A stretch of 64,000 nucleotides of DNA from the NCBI GenBank assembly GCA_030390025.1, contig CM059433.1, positions 28,026,001-28,090,000 on the forward strand. The letters are read 5' to 3'. Positions 62,827 to 64,000 of this stretch are shown here, piece by piece. Source of the DNA: Squalus acanthias. Taxonomy: Eukaryota. Each line of letters opens with the position of its first letter. The stretch's first letter is position 1. Both the position numbers and the translations under genes were made by a program. The notes beneath the pieces were generated by a model, which saw only the letters and a list, made by a program, of their open reading frames with translations, was not told where the DNA came from and made no database searches.

Positions 62827-63579
62827 TGGTCCTTTTTTTCCCGATGCCTACGGGTGCGCATGAGGTGTGTACACACCCGTAGGGACATCGGAAATGCCGG
62901 TTTCAGGCATGCGCTGAAAACCGGCATTTCCGATCCGTCAAGAATCCTCTTGACAGATCGGACGCCTGCCCTGGAGAAGGGCCTCTGCGGGGGGGGAGTT
63001 CCGCTTTCTGCAGAACCTCCGCCCGCTGAAAACCCTTAGAAATCTTACGCCTGGTAAAGGCAAGCGTAAGGCCTGCTTTTACCAGCATAAGAGTTTAAAA
63101 AAGTAAAAAAAAAAATTTCCCCCCCCCCCACTCACTTATAATTTAAAGATACTTTAAAAAAAGGTAAGTTTATTTTTAGCCCTGTAAAAAACTTTAATTA
63201 TTTTTTTCAAAAAATTAAATTTGTTTTAAAATATTTAATTTAATGTAATTTTAACTCATTTTAAAAACGTGATTTAAATTTTTTTTTTATGTTTTAGTGC
63301 CTTTTTAGGGTGATCAACATTCATACTTTTGACAGGTCTCTCTCCCTCGTGTATGAAGGGAGATTCCCTTCTTTCATTGGCTCGCCTGGCCCACGTGATC
63401 CCAGGGATGCTTGCGAACCACATGCGCCCCTGGGATACGTGGACCCTGCGCATTTCGACTGTGGAGGCCCAGGGGCGGAAGTGTCCGGACCTTGGGAGCC
63501 CTCAGGTAAGCGCGTAGATTTTTTTCCCCAATAGGAGGCCTCCGCACGCAGGAAGCCTCCTATTGGAAATTACGGGCCA
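62827..63579. mobile_element. Probable non-autonomous DNA transposon (Harbinger-like MITE) with CpG-rich arms and an AT-rich core
   Basis: Weak TIRs: TGGTCCTTTTTTTCC at left, reverse complement TGGCCCGTAATTTCC at right. Sharp CpG-rich boundaries and a subterminal hairpin at 63528-63566. Confidence 0.5.
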
Positions 63580-63750
63580 GAATCTTTATTCAATTAACGA
63601 CAGATCAAGGTGCTTGAATTTCTTTTATAAAAATCAGATAAACTGCACCTTAATTGAATTATGAAAGAACTGAGCAGATCACAGACAGCCACCACCCCCC
63701 ACATGATTAGTAATGTAAATAAATGCTAATGACCATTTATTACAATATTA

Positions 63751-64000
63751 CGACGGGCCACAGCGAAAAACCGCATAGACCTCCTCAGAAGACGAACACG
63801 GGACACAACCAACAGAGTACCCTACGTCGTCCAGTACTTCCCCGGAGCGGAGAAACTACGCCATGTTCTTCGCAGCCTTCAACATGTCATCGATGACGAC
63901 GAACACCTTGCTAAGGCCATCCCCACGCCTCCACTACTCGCCTTCAAGCAGCCGCCTAACCTCAAAAGTACCATCGTTCGCAGCAAATTACCCAGCTGTC
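63751..64000 (+). mobile_element. Penelope-like element, 5'-truncated coding region (RT thumb/linker preceding GIY-YIG), runs off the window end
   Basis: Open frame RRATAKNRIDLLRRRTRDTTNRVPYVVQYFPGAEKLRHVLRSLQHVIDDDEHLAKAIPTPPLLAFKQPPNLKSTIVRSKLPS. R.P.V..Y and P.LAFKQPPNLK...VRSKL are typical of vertebrate Penelope-like proteins. Confidence 0.8.

Noticed and set aside
1..64000. Prokaryotic systems such as CRISPR arrays, operons or retrons
   Set aside because: There is no repeat-spacer array or gene-dense organisation. The recognisable RT motifs belong to vertebrate retroelements.

Overview
This is vertebrate nuclear DNA, almost certainly from a shark or ray, judging by SacSINE1/DeuSINE-like and HE1/V-SINE-like repeats and shark-type CR1 tails. 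The whole window appears to lie within the 5' part of a minus-strand spectraplakin gene, best matching dystonin (DST/BPAG1). Three exons of the first calponin-homology (CH1) domain are visible: 62 nt (42168-42229), 90 nt (4409-4498), and an alternative exon with two in-frame donors (36 nt at 3551-3586 or 96 nt at 3491-3586). A 37.7-kb intron separates the first two. The introns are packed with transposable elements: a young CR1 with an uninterrupted 799-codon ORF2 segment, an older CR1 carrying nested events, a 1.05-kb retroviral solo LTR with a 4-bp TSD, hAT-type MITEs with 8-bp TSDs, Penelope-like ends carrying minimal hammerhead ribozymes, L2 and other CR1/L2-group fragments, and about 20 SINE pieces. 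Almost all ORFs in the supplied track are spurious or TE-derived. Comparisons with known proteins and repeat families are from memory, not from a database search. TE boundaries are approximate unless a TSD or TIR is quoted.
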